Source: Vicugna vicugna (taxonomy: Eukaryota). Taken from it: a stretch of 64,000 nt of DNA. Shown here piece by piece: positions 25,990 to 39,135 of this stretch; within the stretch, counting starts at the first letter, position 1; every line of letters starts with the position of its first letter. The notes under the pieces are model-generated. The model saw nothing but the letters and a program-made list of their open reading frames with translations, had not been told where the DNA came from and did not search any database. Position numbers and translations under genes: made by a program. The stretch covers positions 21,405,235-21,469,234 of the forward strand of contig MU061748.1 in NCBI GenBank assembly GCA_013265495.1, given 5' to 3'.

Positions 25990-28989
25990 ATTGTTATCCA
26001 GAGGACTAAGTTAGAGTCATTAAAAAAAAAAATGGGTTTGTGTCTGCTTCAAACAAAATTTAAATATCAGTTTCTGGTACTTACTAAGATTAGTATTTCT
26101 TGCAGCTCTAATATTCATTTTTTTCTGATACTGAATGTAATTCTCAAATTTTTCATCTTAACAAACTTAAATGTTCTAAAATATCTATCTAGTATTCACT
26201 TTTCAAATGGTAACAACTTCTGTTCCCTTTAAAGGTCATACATTTCCATTCAGGAGAGAAGATGCTAACAAGTCTTTGGGGCAGGGTAAGAGTCAATAAC
26301 TGCTGTCAGTAGTCTATCAGCCCATTTTTATTTCCTGGCATGTGTGTTGAATACATTCAGGATTTGAATGAATTGATATATCAACAAGTAAACAAGGTAT
26401 GGATGGGTGAACAAATCTGGAAAATGAAGTACAGGCTTGTCTAAAAAGTTATTCATTGCTCTAGAACTGTACAACTCAGGTTTCTGAGACATTTAAAGAA
26501 ACCTCTTTAAATTTCCAAGAGTCTGGGTTCCTCTTCTTTTTTTGATTTTTCCCTCCACCCAGCCCCTATCCTGCACCCATTCCCCTTAACTCTACACCTC
26601 CGACAATGGCTACCTTGAGGAAACACTGTCTTTGGAAAATCTAACCCTGAAACTGTAACTTGATTGCCAGTAGGACAGCTGGACATGCACAGACACCAGA
26701 ACAGGAGCCACACTTAGTCTCTTGTGAAAATGGCTTTGGGAAGCAGTTGTTGATGCTGTGACTTCTGCATGAATTCAGAGTTATTTTAAGGTAAGACAGA
26801 CTGAAAAGACCCAGATTCAAACCAACACTGTGCAAAAGGACCCACCCCTAAATGCCCACAAGTCTGAGGCAAAATGCCCACACTCAATAAATACTGAAAT
26901 CTGGTCTCCTAAAGCTCTTAATTTCTTCATTCAGCAAATATTTACAAGGTACATGCTTTGTACCAGGTACCACCTGTGCAGAGTGGAGTTTCGGTGATAA
27001 ATAACCAACAGTCCTTGAGTCACATTCAGGAATGGGTATAAAGTGTGATGAGAGGACACCATCTGATGATTTGGAAAGTGATTTCACACCAGAATCCATG
27101 AATTCTGGATTCTAAAGGAGCCAGAGCAAAGGTCCTAAGAGGCTGTTTGCTATTTCCCTCCTCCATAATACTAAGATCATCAGTAGGTTGGCAGCATCTA
27201 ACCCAGCAACTGGCACACAGTAGAGACTCAAGTTCCACAAACATCTGAGAAGACTGGAGCTATGAAGAGATTCAAGTATAACATCAGAGATGTTTATTTC
27301 AACATCAGTGTGGTCATCACCATTATTCTCATTTACTGAGCATTCCCAGGCACCGTTCTAACACTTTATATATATTTCACCCTCCAAGGCTCCTAACAAA
27401 TAAAAATAAGAGAAAACATGGGAGGACCAGAGCATGTCTACATTTCAGCCTTATTAGCGTCACAAGGGGCAAGATTTATTTTGACATAGGTGATAAAAGA
27501 TAACTGAAAGAAGCTTAGCACTAAGGTTATGGGGAGAACACCACTACTAATAGTCATTATATCTTTGTGGTATATACATTTTATTTTACTTTTTATTTTG
27601 TACATTTTCTCTAAATAGTAATTTCCTTTAAAATCTGAAAGCAAGTAAACAGACTTTATGGATTTCATCAATGAGGAAACCAGGGTGCAAGAGGGCCAGG
27701 TCACCTGTGATGGGCAAGAGGAAGGAGCTAGAGATGGCAGGAGGAGTGGTCCTTTAGCATCAGTCTACGGTTAGGGGTAATAGGTAATGAAGGTCTGTTT
27801 GCTGGGTCTGTCCCAGGTGACCAAGTTGTTTGATCAAAGGCTAAGTGGACTAGGGCCCAGCATTACTTAAACTGAAAACTCTGGGATGTATTCTAATTGT
27901 TGAAATGAATAAATTAAATAGCTGCATGAGTTATCAGTGCTGAAGGCAGCTTTCTTGGTGGTCTGTTGCCACTCACAGAAACTGTACTTTGTACCTTCTA
28001 TGTACTTCGTATCCTTCAGGTAGGGAGCAAAGAGATTTAGCATATGTAGAGTTTTCTGCATAGGATAATACATAGGGGGGCAAAGAGATTTAAGTAAAAG
28101 GCACCACCCTGTGACTTCCCTAATTAACACTTTAACTCTCTAATTACTCCTTCCAACTTAGCAGGAACTGCACACAAAAGCTGAACTTATAAATAAAGTA
28201 GAAACGTGTTTGAATGGCCAAGAAACTGCTGGGTGGCCAAGATCCTTAAAGATCTTAGGTCCAGGAGCCAAGAAGCTCTATATTTTCACCCGGCAGGTTA
28301 CTATGGAAAGAGTGATGTCATCAAGCACCTGAGGCATAAACAATGAGTTCTTTAAGTCATGTGGCAATTTATGGGTAAGAGAAAATAGAACTATAAAGCC
28401 CTTGTTCAAACTTTCTAAATGACTCTCAGTTTTTCTTGACCTGGCCTGAAATTTTAAGTGTTTTCATCAACACCTGTTTTTATGCATGAATTTCTCCTTT
28501 CAGGCCCTCAGCAGGTATCTAACCACTAAGCCACATTAGACTATTTACACAAATAGATTATTTTTAGCTCTTGGGCTCTGTAATAGCATCTACAAATGTT
28601 CTTTAGAAACTTTTTCAAGAGGAATGAGGTACAGCTAGGTGGTGGTGGAAGCTGTGGGTCTCCAGGTGCCCTACATAAACTTCTGGGCACTTTCCCCATT
28701 TCCACTGCTGAAGACTGAAGGATTAGAGGAAAAGGAAAGTCAGTATCCTGCCGGGTAAGAAGATGAACACATTAGCTCAGTCCGTAGCATTTTCCTTCAA
28801 CGGGCTCCCTCACCAACAGCTCTTCAGAAATTTAACTCGATTAAACCTTAGGGAATGAGACACATAACAGAGGAACTAGTGTCCTCATCTATCCTCATCT
28901 AAAGAATGATGTGACTGATCTAGATAACCTTCAATGTCCCTGAGAGCTGTGAGTCTATGAAAGAACAATACCCCGAATCAAAAATTAAT

Positions 28990-29760
28990 AAATCTTAAAA
29001 GAAAATTTTAAACGTGAAAAAACTACTTGTGAGCAAACTAAAAAGATAAATGACAAACTGGGAAAAACACGTGCAAACTAGACCACAGTAAAGAGGTTTA
29101 TATAATGCCGAACACTTCTAGGAGAAGTGGGCTAGAAATGTGGTCTAATCTACAGGAAAAGATGCTCAACCACACACTTAGTAAGAATGAAAATGGCAAC
29201 TAGACCAAGATTCCAATTTGTACCTTTAAGATGAGCAAAAATCTGAAAGTTCAATAAGATCTAAACAACACATCCTGTTGGGGAGGCTGTGGGGTAACAG
29301 GCACTCTAACACAGCGCTGGTGGAAATGTAAAACAACACAACACCTATGGAGGGGAATTAATGATATGGAACAAAATTACATATGCATTTACCTTTTGAC
29401 CCATGAATCCAAATTCCAAGAATCTCTCCCAAAGATTCAGGCAAAAGTAGATATACACACAAAGTTATCACTGTAGAAATATTTGTATTATCAAAAGAGA
29501 GGAAATAACACAGATGCTCATCAATAGGGAAACTTTCAAAAGTACAATGGCACATTCACACAGCAGAGTGCTATGCAGCTATAAAAAGGAACGTGGACCA
29601 TCTTTCCATGATGTTAGGCAAAGAATGCCAAGACAAAACTGTTCCATAAAAAGGGGTAGAATAAAATATGTATATTATGATGCCATTTATCAAAGAAATT
29701 GGAAGGAGGTATGAATGAGTACCTATTTTTAAAAATTATTGAAGGATAAATCAAAAACAT
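28990..29760 (+). mobile_element. Old L1 (L1ME-like) ORF2/3' fragment
   Basis: gataaatgacaaactgggaaaaa..gatgctcaacc..gctggtggaaatgtaaaa..ttaccttttgaccc..ctatgcagctataaaaagg. Confidence 0.75.
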
Positions 29761-29927
29761 TTTTTTAAGTAATACAATATTGTAAATCAACTATACTTCA
29801 ATAAACAATGCTTTTCAGAAAAGGTTACTTAGAGAAGGAAGGTGAAACACAGGGTGGAAAAGTCATTAATGGAAGCCAGGTTTCTCTGAATATTCCTTGT
29901 TTTCTAAGTCTGACTTGGGAGATATGT

Positions 29928-30050
29928 AATGTATGCTGGAGCTGGCTTGTACCGGCCTTGGTAAAGGTTCAGGTGTTTTGTGAGCTGGTGGTCTCGACCC
30001 TTGCAGCTTGAAACTGATCACGGTGGGACTATTTACATCATGGATTACAG
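29928..30050 (+). mobile_element. MER63-like hAT DNA transposon fragment
   Basis: GCTGGAGCTGGCTTGTACCGG..AGCTTGAAACTG..GGTGGGA.TATTTAC. The family name is from memory; a second copy lies at about 55.2 kb. Confidence 0.6.
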
Positions 30051-30089
30051 CACACAGACCTCCCTAACCCTTAAATAGCATTTATCAGC

Positions 30090-31850
30090 ACACTATGGGA
30101 ACTTTAGGAAAGTATCAAACAAAATTACATTTAAAAAGAGCATTTCCAAAAATTGAAAGCAAAATGACACAGATCTAACAGTGAATTGAGTGGGCAGCAT
30201 TACTACATAGAAATGAACCTGTTCAAGGGACTGTAAGGCACAGCAATTTGACTATACAGATTCAGTGAAATACCAAAAGGATTGCAAAAATAATCTTAAA
30301 CCTTTTCCAATACTGTGGTGTGAATGTCATAATCATCATGCTGAGAAATTGAGTGTCATGGAATAAAGCAAATGAAGAACTATATTACTGTCATGAGAAT
30401 GAGATTTTAGTATAGGACTAAGAAGCTAGAGATACAAGTTGGAACGTCATTAAGAAAACACTCCATGGTCCTCAATATGAACTGGATGTATTAGTATGAA
30501 GTTATGATGTTATATACTTAATTAACACTGCATGCTCTCTCCACTGAAAAAGCCTAGAAACAATGACCAGTTTAGGACAATGACCAGTTCAGGAGCCATG
30601 CACACTCCTGAGGACCCAGACACCCAGACTGTGGTCTCCAACTTCTATTTCCCACAAAAGGAACCAAGACTCCCCGATTACAGATCTGGGTCAGGGAAAA
30701 CACAAACTACTGAAAGGAAGGATGCTATAAAAGACTCCTGGGGTCATATCAAAAGGATTCAGAAGCCAACATGAAGAGGCTCCTGCTGACTAAAAATGGG
30801 GGAAAAATCTGAGCAATAATAAGAATAATAACTACCACGTTTGAAACACATAAAACACGTTTAAATCCATGAGTTCATAATGCTACTCAAACACTTCACT
30901 GTGCCATGTGTGGAGGGTGCAAGGAAGCAAGCTTATTATTTTAAATGCTGGCAAAGGCATCTAGCCTGCTTTTTCTATACAAACTGTATTTCAGGGTAAC
31001 CAAATAGTTGATGGAGTACTTTTCTTTATAGAAATAATCTAGTTAATAAGGCAAGGAGGAATGCTAGAATTAAGATATCCAGGGAATGATCATTCCCAGT
31101 AAACCATGAAGAGAAACAACCAGCAACAAAAGGTCTCCTGAATGAAATATACCACACCATCTATAAGGAATTCTTGACTAAAACGTATTTGTGTGTGTGT
31201 GTGTCTCAAACCTGAATCACAGAGAACCTCTAGCTCTAACTACCAAGCATGTTAAGTGACAACAAAATCCAAATTGTAGGAAATGGTATAAGAGAGATGA
31301 CCTAGTTTCTCAACACACAAGCTGCAAAGCGGAAAAAGAGACATGGATGAGAAATCTACATAACAGGGACAGATTAATTAGGGGAAATTCATGAATCTAA
31401 GTTGAACAAACAATAATAACAAAAAAAGTATGAATATGTATGTATGTGTGTGTGTATACTACATATGTGCCTGTATATCTCTATATGTTTGTGTGTACAT
31501 ACATGTTCATGTACATATGTGTGTACATATATATTTATATGTGAGTGTGTGTACACAAATACATAAGATAATGGGAAATGTGAACACGAATTAAAGCATC
31601 TGACAATATTAAGAAACAGTTAATTTTTTATGTATGATGAAGACACTGTTTTAAAGGAAAAGAACTCCTTACCTCCTGGAGAAGTACACTGAAATGTGCA
31701 CAGGTGAACTGGCACAATTTATGGGATTCGTTATAAACACTGGAAGCTGAAGAATGGAAGGACTGAGTGACAGTGACTTGAGATGCTTAAGTTGGGCAGT
31801 GGGTACAAAGGCATTCACTGTAACCATTCTCTCTACTTCTATAGGTAAGA
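30090..31850 (+). mobile_element. L1MC/L1MD-type 3' UTR, including a low-complexity TATG/TG tract at about 31425-31565
   Basis: ggggtcatatcaaaaggattcagaagccaac.tgaagaggctcc..aataataagaataataact..gtttaaatccatgagttcataatg is characteristic of these subfamilies. Confidence 0.7.
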
Positions 31851-32329
31851 CTAAATTTCTCTACAGTAAAGTTAAAAACCAAATGAACAAAACCAACAAA
31901 AATATGTATCTAATATTAACAAGCTGGCAATAGAACACTGATAACAGACTAAGACATTCCAACTTAGAAGTCCATCATGATCACCTGAGGAGCTTTTTCA
32001 AAACAGAGTCTCTGAGTCAACACTACCTTAATGAACCTCATAGACTGAAGAGCTGTGTCATGTCCCTCAGGACTGGGAGTGAGGAAGGAAGGCTGAGGAC
32101 CACTGTTTAAATACCGTAAGGGTGGGGGCTGTACAGTATTCATCTAGTTGTTTATCTCTATGCCTGACACACAGGAGGTACTCAAGAAATAGTTGGTGAA
32201 TTAATGAATGACCCTGGGAAGTGAAAATGAATAGGTGAGCTTAACAGCAGCTCAAATGCTCGATGTGCAAAAAACAGCATTCATATTTGATACTCAAAAA
32301 TCACTTAGGTTACTGAGTTTAAAGAGCAT

Positions 32330-32482
32330 GACTTTCTGTTTTTTAAGTAGAATGGGTTTTCATCATAAAGCCACAGACTAGTCACTTCAAACAGCTACAA
32401 GTAAACTCCTAGAATAAAAATAGTTTTAAGTAAACAATTGGGTGGGGTGAGGCTAGCAAATATTCTGATTCTATAATCTGTT
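32330..32482 (+). promoter_or_regulatory. COL10A1: Probable orthologue of the COL10A1 hypertrophic-chondrocyte enhancer (about -2.5 kb)
   Basis: Colinear with the ~150-bp mouse Col10a1 enhancer as I recall it (shared CATAAAG, AGAATAAAAATAGTTT, CAATT, GCAAATA and CTGATTCTA..AATCTGTT blocks). Contains MEF2-like ATAAAAATAG at 32414-32423, SOX-type AACAAT at 32433-32438 and RUNX-like GCCACA at 32370-32375. Confidence 0.75.
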
Positions 32483-34845
32483 TTGAAGACAGTGCTTCTT
32501 ATGTGACTAACAAAGAAAACAGCAGTCAAATTCCTTGTGCTGAAATAAGTACACTATTTGCAAACAGGGTTGAACATCCAAGGCGTATTCAATAAAGACA
32601 CCACATTTCCCAAAGTGAAATGGGACTATAGAATGACAAATACCCACATATATTTACACGTCCCCAAAAGAAGGCATATGACCACCTGGTATGGACTTTT
32701 GTCTCTAATAATTACCAAGTGGAGCCAAGCCCACTGTCTCACCACAGGAAACAGCAAAATACCTCAAGCACAAGAATAATCTAATTTTAAAGCTGGGAGG
32801 AGCTTGGAAACCTAGTCTAACCTTTCCATTGTGTTGATGAAAAAACAGATACCTAGAGAAGTTAAAGTGAAAAATTCTGGAAATAGTTGGCATAGCCACA
32901 GACGAACATGTGGTCTACACAGGTGCCCAGAATGAAGAGCTGAGAATTAATCTCTGAACTTCTGAGTGAATGATATCTCACAGGGTATCAGTCTCGATTA
33001 TAAACAGATAAGGGTGTGCCTAGGTGTGTGTAACCATATATACACACAAGACTGGAATATGCACTTCCAATAACTTCTTTAAAAAAAAAAATTCTTCAGC
33101 CTAGCATTTAAGGGCATCCACAATGTTGCATCACTTACTTTTTTCCAAATCTTTTCCAAATGAACCATAAATAGATGGAAGGCAGCCATGTCTCTCTCTC
33201 ATCTTTTGCGGTCTCTTACAGATGTAGTAGAGGACATAGTATAACCACAAATGCTGGTCCACAGATAATTTCCAAATGATGAAAGAAAGATCGAAAATGT
33301 AACATAAACTTTCGAATTCTGTTCATCTGAGCTGATATAAGAGCCATATTTCATTGTATCTATGAGTATTATATAGAAGTAGAGTTTAAAATATGGCAAC
33401 CAATAAAAGATTTAAAATTGAGGTAGGAGAAAGGGAGGCAGTGAGGTGAGTTATCCATTCACCTTTCTGCAAGGTGCCACACAAGGCTTAGTTCAAAATA
33501 CACGCAGAAAATTACATGCAGGGGAAGAAGAAGAGAAAAGGAAAAGTACAAACCCTTATTTCACCCACTTCACTCAATTATTTCAATTACTGATCCATCC
33601 TGAATCCATATTACTTTAGTTCTGCAGAGATTTTTAAAAAAGATGCACCTATGTCTATTGTGGACTTTTCCTTCTCACCTACTTCACCTGCACAGTTGAT
33701 AGGATTTAGCTCTAAAATAATAAAATTAAATAAGAATCAAAATTTGGCTTCTCAACTTCCTGTTTTTATTAGATTCCTTAGGATCTTTAAAAATTATTTT
33801 AAGAGTCTCCTAATATTGTTAAGGAGAATGCTAACTAGTGAAAATAACAAAGATAACATTTACTTCCATACTTGGGGTAGAAAAATATTTCTAACTGGGC
33901 TGATTTAAGATCCCTGAAGGAAACTGCAAGTTAAACCAGTAATACTTCTAAAAAGCTGAAAGCAAAGACTGAAGACTGTTTTTCTTCTGAAATGAATATA
34001 GCAACCTTATTTAAATGGACGTGATATGATACTATCAAGTTAAGGGTTTTTGTACTCTCCACTGCAACTCTAAAGGAAAACTCAAAATTATTAAGCAATA
34101 AAATCTGAAGCCATTTACTGAATACAGTGTAGTGCTGTAAACAATGAATTTAAATCCTTCAGGGTAATTATATTGCTAACTCTACTATTAAATTCATGGA
34201 TGTCTTGCCTCTGTCTGAAAATTTTTAAATATTTAATATGCAAAAGCATGAACTATTTATATGCTAACATATTTTAAATTTCTTATTAAAGTCCGAGGAC
34301 TGACTTACACTAAAATCCTAAAATACAAAACAGCATACCTACAGTTTCATCATTATGTCTCTCTTGAGCCTAAAAATAAGAACTGAAATAAGCTATCTTC
34401 ATACAAAATTTATAAATATTAATGGACACATTGATGGCTTTATGTAATAACTGAAGAATTTAGATGATGATTTAAAATCACACTCCCCTCCAAAGGCCTT
34501 TTCCTCTACTTTCATATACTACCAGATATTTTCAACCAAATAACACAAGAATGTGCTTTATAAAAATATAAAGAGGGTAGGATCATCCCATTATGAACTA
34601 ACCTAAACATCTGAGTAATAACTTCTAAAATAAAAGCACAGAAAAAGATGGTGCATGGTTAAAACTATTAATATACATTTAAGACAAAGAGTTTATTTTT
34701 CAATAAGAAAACAAGGAAAAGAGAGCCTGACTTGATCTTGTATGCCTGCCCAATAGAACTTTCCACCATAATTAGTGCTTTTCACCTCTGGGGCAAGGGG
34801 AGGAGCTTAAACTCAGGGTGACCTCATGTAGTAAGGGAGAAACAG

Positions 34846-34852
34846 TATAAAT
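34846..34852 (+). promoter_or_regulatory. COL10A1: COL10A1 TATA box (TATAAAT), with an upstream CCAAT at 34750-34754
   Basis: Read directly, and correctly spaced from exon 1. Confidence 0.85.
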
Positions 34853-34876
34853 ACTGCAGGACAGCTCTGGAGAGGG

Positions 34877-34954
34877 CACCTTCTGCACTGCTCACCTGGG
34901 CACAGAGGAAGGCAGAAAGCTGGTAAACCAACTCCAGGGAGTCCCAGCATCCAG
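34877..34954 (+). other. COL10A1: COL10A1 non-coding exon 1 (start site approximate)
   Basis: Begins CACCTTCTGCACTGCTCA about 25-30 nt after the TATA box and resembles the COL10A1 5' UTR as I recall it. Ends CAG|GTAAGT, a consensus donor. Contains no ATG. Confidence 0.85.
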
Positions 34955-35502
34955 GTAAGTCCATGACTTGATGCTCACTGGTGGACCTCCATGTTAGCTT
35001 ATGGGGAAACAAGCTTCAATAAATTAACTATTTGTTTTCTTCAATTTAAAAAAAAATGGCTTTCCACTAAAATGCACTCAGAAAGTTTAATTTGTAACAG
35101 TCTACTAAAAACAGTCTTAATAAAACTGTATTTGTAAAAATATGTCCTAATCTGAATTTCAGTGTATTTGAGACTATTGGTAATTTCAGTCTTTATCAAA
35201 GATCTTGAATTATTTAATATAGACATTCAACTACAGTTTCTGTGTTTCTTTTATTTCAACTACTTTGTTTTCACTGGATTACCTTCATGTAGTTTCCAGA
35301 CACAACTAAGACATATATTCATAAAATTATGAATTATAACTCACTAATTTATGGAATCTGTTCAGAATATATAGGATAAGGTTTATAAAAAGTAGATAAC
35401 TATATAAAGAGTTCATCTGTGCAACATTAGAAAAACAAAACAGGCCAATAACAAAGCTCTATGAAATTATTCTTTTCTGTTTTTCAGACTCCACCTAAGA
35501 GC

Positions 35503-35656
35503 ATGCTGCCACAAATCACCCTTTTGCTGCTAACATCCTTGAACTTGGTTCATGGAGTGTTTTATACCGAGCAATACCAAACACCTACAGGCATAAAAGG
35601 CCCACCATCCAATACCAAGGCACAGTTCTTCATTCCCTACGCCATAAAGAGTAAAG
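35503..35656 (+). CDS. COL10A1: COL10A1 exon 2 coding part (signal peptide and NC2); the exon starts at 35488
   Basis: Acceptor ttttctgtttttcag, 15 nt of UTR, ATG at 35503 with A at -3. The 154 nt encode [18 protein letters not shown]|[33 protein letters not shown] plus G, then a GTAAAC donor. Confidence 0.96.
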
Positions 35657-36209
35657 GTAAACTGAACTATCCATTTTGCTTTGTTAACTAGTGAGTTGTT
35701 GCTTTCTACAATCTTAATGATCTCTTCAACAAAGTGTTTTAAATTCTGCTGGGGGTTAAATTATCTTCAAACTCCTCAATTAGCCCATTTGAATGACTTA
35801 CGGAAAAAGTAGGTCTGTTCAAGAACATTCAAATTCTTCACACAAGTACAGCAGAGAGATATACCTGAAGATTATTAGGAAACTTTAGGTGTAGAAATGT
35901 TTTTCCCTCAAATGATGCTTTTGCACAAATAATTACCCATAATCTAGAAATAGTAATCCAGTCAAATTAATTATGTTTATAATATTTTAACTAAAAACAA
36001 CTGCCAACTGTCTATAAAAAGAATAGCAGGTTTGTATACCTAAATGCTGACATATATTTACTTTTAAAACTTACTCTGCTAGCTTACAAATATATACACA
36101 ATTGAGTACTAATTGTCAAGTAAGATGCCCTCTGAAGAAATGTAACAGGCAAGCAAAGTAGCAGTTCTCACAATTTTCAATGCATTTTTGCTTGTTGGTT
36201 AAGTGCGCG

Positions 36210-36360
36210 GACTTAACTACCTCCCAGCAGCTCTGCAAGCCTTAACTGCCTTCTCTGTGCTTTAGCGTCTTCATTTGTAAAACAAGGAGCACCTATTTCA
36301 AAGAGCTGTTCTGAAGCTTAAATGAGTTGATCTGTAAAGTGCTGAAGTGTTAGCTATTAC
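36210..36360 (+). mobile_element. MIR in COL10A1 intron 2, followed by a decayed (TAC)n tract to about 36500
   Basis: ttctctgtgctttagcgtcttcatttgtaaaa..cctatttcaaagagctgtt..aaatgagttgat..tgtaaagtgct..gttagctattac. Confidence 0.7.
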
Positions 36361-38749
36361 TCCTACTCTACTCCTACTGCTACTGTGACGACTACTACAC
36401 CGGCTCTCCTGCTACTACTACTTCTCACACTGTTTCCATCACTCCTTCTATTATTACTACTATCACTTCTCTCCTCTTCCTCCTCTTCCTACTACTACAG
36501 TACTGGTGCTGTAGCGTCAGATAAGTTTTAACTTTTTTCTTGATCTGTTCTTCATCTACTCAGCTTTCTTGGGTACTATGAAGAGTACTGATATAATGTA
36601 TATAAAGTACTAACAGATTCTCGAAGAAGAGAGACTATTAGGTTTCATATTCATTAATTCCATTCAATACATTATTATGCACTGGCAGTCAAGTGAAGAG
36701 AAAAGCCCACAATTTACACAAGCAAAACATTGAGCTGATAACAGATATACAAAGAATTCCCACGTAATCCCTAGGCACATCTGTTCAACACAGATTAAAA
36801 GAGAACTCAGCCAAAACACAGTAAGTTATGCTGCAGAGGATTCCACAACTGGTGGGCACACGGGCGCCGCATTCTGACCCAGTGAACCACTTTGTCAGCA
36901 TTTAAGAAACTTCTCTTCTGGGTAATCATTATTTTCTGAGGATGGTGCCACTCTATTAAGCTACAAACAGGGGCTGTCCCCCAAGGATACAACAGAAGCC
37001 ACATTTTCTCATACACTGAGAGGTAGAGCACTCAACAGGCTAACATTCCAAGTGATAGAGGTCTTCATCTTCAGAGTTCTAGGCTCAAATGTGCTCAACG
37101 CAGTCATTCTCAGCAAGACCTGCTTTTCCTCCCAACATTAACATTTAAACAGATTTTCAACCAGACCAAGACAATTGTTTAGTATAGACATGATCTTTAT
37201 AATAAGATTTTAAAGCAAACTCCAAAATGAAATATAACTTCTAATTAGTATAAAATATAAAGATACCCAAGACTGAAATGATTTTCCTATTTCAGTATAT
37301 CTACTTTAATGATTCTGCTCTGCATTTTATATTTCATTTGACATCAAACGGTTTTCAAATATAAGTAACATCTCTATCTAAAAGTATAATATCAGCAACT
37401 ATTGTTGGCTGACTACTTCTTAAATGCCAGTTAATATGAAAGATTTTAAAAAATACATTAATATACCAACAACTAACAGTTAAAAGGAACTATACCCATA
37501 AAAATACATTTTCAAAGGCAATTTACAATTCATTTCAATTTCATTTAATAGTAATTTTAGTCTTCATTTTGATTTTTAAAGCATTAAAGATTTAGTTAAG
37601 TGGAGTTTAAGTATATCAATATTTTTTGTACAAAAAAGATGCAGCTCAAGAAGTCACAGCTGTAAGTCATTTTCAGGGTTTTGACCAAACTATTCAACTA
37701 CTGTGACATCTACTAAATCTACCATTACTATGAATCATTTTCTGACAGCGTCTAAGAATCTAAATAGTATATTTAGGCATTCTAATTACATTTCTGAAAA
37801 TGTATTAAACAGAAAATGATTTTTAATACAAATCCTGCAAGTAGATATTTAGAAACTAAAGTTTGCTAGTTACCTGAGAAAGAATATTTCATTTAGACAT
37901 TTATAGAGATTATTGCCTAAAGATTCTCTGACATGGTAATAGTTCCCTAATGGTAATATCCTAACACCAGCAATACTCTCTCTGTTACCTCCCCCCTTTG
38001 AATGACTAAAACTAAAACCCCGGACTCCTCTTAAAGCACTTATCACATGGACACTTGCTTTATTCCTTTTGTGACTGAAGCTCTTGTAGGACGTGTCCTG
38101 TGCTTTCCCTATACTTGTGGCTCCACAGCACATTTCACATCACGGGCACTGAACAAGTGATTTTTTGGTTTAAATTTATTACATCAGTAGAAGTATTTAG
38201 CTCTGATGAACCCATAGCTCTATGAAATCAACAATATCTACTTGCGTTAATCAAAGAAAACTTTATAAAAGCACTTTACTATTTTATGTACCTTGCCCAT
38301 TAGGTCTAATTCTCTAATTCCTTGTTTCAATTTCAAATCAGTAACAGAGAATGTAAGAGCTAACAGTATGTACTGAGGTCAAAAAATGTTAAAAATCAAC
38401 CTAAATCTAACCTGTGTTCAGCAGGGCCAAGGCAGATGTAAATTAGAATAGACTGTATTTTTCCTTTATCTTATAGAGTAGTTTTTGTGAGGGAAAACTG
38501 TTACTTAAACTCATTCCCATTTACTCTCTACTTGATTCCTTCTTCTTTTTCTATCAAATATCTTTTTCCCCTTTCCTTTCTAGGTAGATGATTTTCCTAA
38601 AATAAATGTGATAAATTTATATCCAAAGCACTCTTATTCTAAATGAATTCTTCAACTCTGGCTTATTTTCACAAATCATTAGGATGTAATCAAAGTATTA
38701 TGGTAGCCATGGCCTTATGAAATCATCTTCTCTAGCAGTTTTTTACTTT

Positions 38750-38955
38750 TTACTTAAAAATTTTGTTACTGAAGTATAGTCGATTTACAATGCTGTATTA
38801 ATTTCTGGTGTACAGCATAGTGATTCAGTTATACATATATATTCTTTTTCATAGTCTTTTTCATTATAGGTTATTACAAGGTATTGAATATAGTTCCCTG
38901 TGCTATACAGTAGGACCTTGTTGTTTATTTATTTTATATATAGTACTTAGTGTCT
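38750..38955 (-). mobile_element. L1 3' tail (laurasiatherian type) in COL10A1 intron 2
   Basis: actgaagtatagtcgatttacaatgctgt..tctggtgtacagcatagtgattcag..atagttccctgtgctatacagtaggacc. Confidence 0.85.
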
Positions 38956-39135
38956 CTGGCAATGTTTTCTAAAAATATAAAATGTATTGTCTGAAACCAT
39001 TTAAGATGAGTCTGCCAAAATGGACTGACTGAAACTGCAATGTCTTGTCCTCATTTATGCTGTGAGAAGCAATGATTCTTTAACATTACTAACCAACCTC
39101 CCCTCTGGGTGTGTGTGTATTGTTCATGTCTTCAG

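Noticed and set aside
31425-31565. Alternating purine-pyrimidine tract about 0.8 kb upstream of the COL10A1 enhancer, as possible Z-DNA
   Set aside because: It is AT-rich, heavily interrupted and explained as the low-complexity part of the L1MC/MD 3' UTR.
39111-39135. Track-assigned start MCVLFMSS of the 631-aa ORF
   Set aside because: This is intron 2 sequence upstream of the CAG acceptor. The true start is the ATG at 35503 in exon 2.
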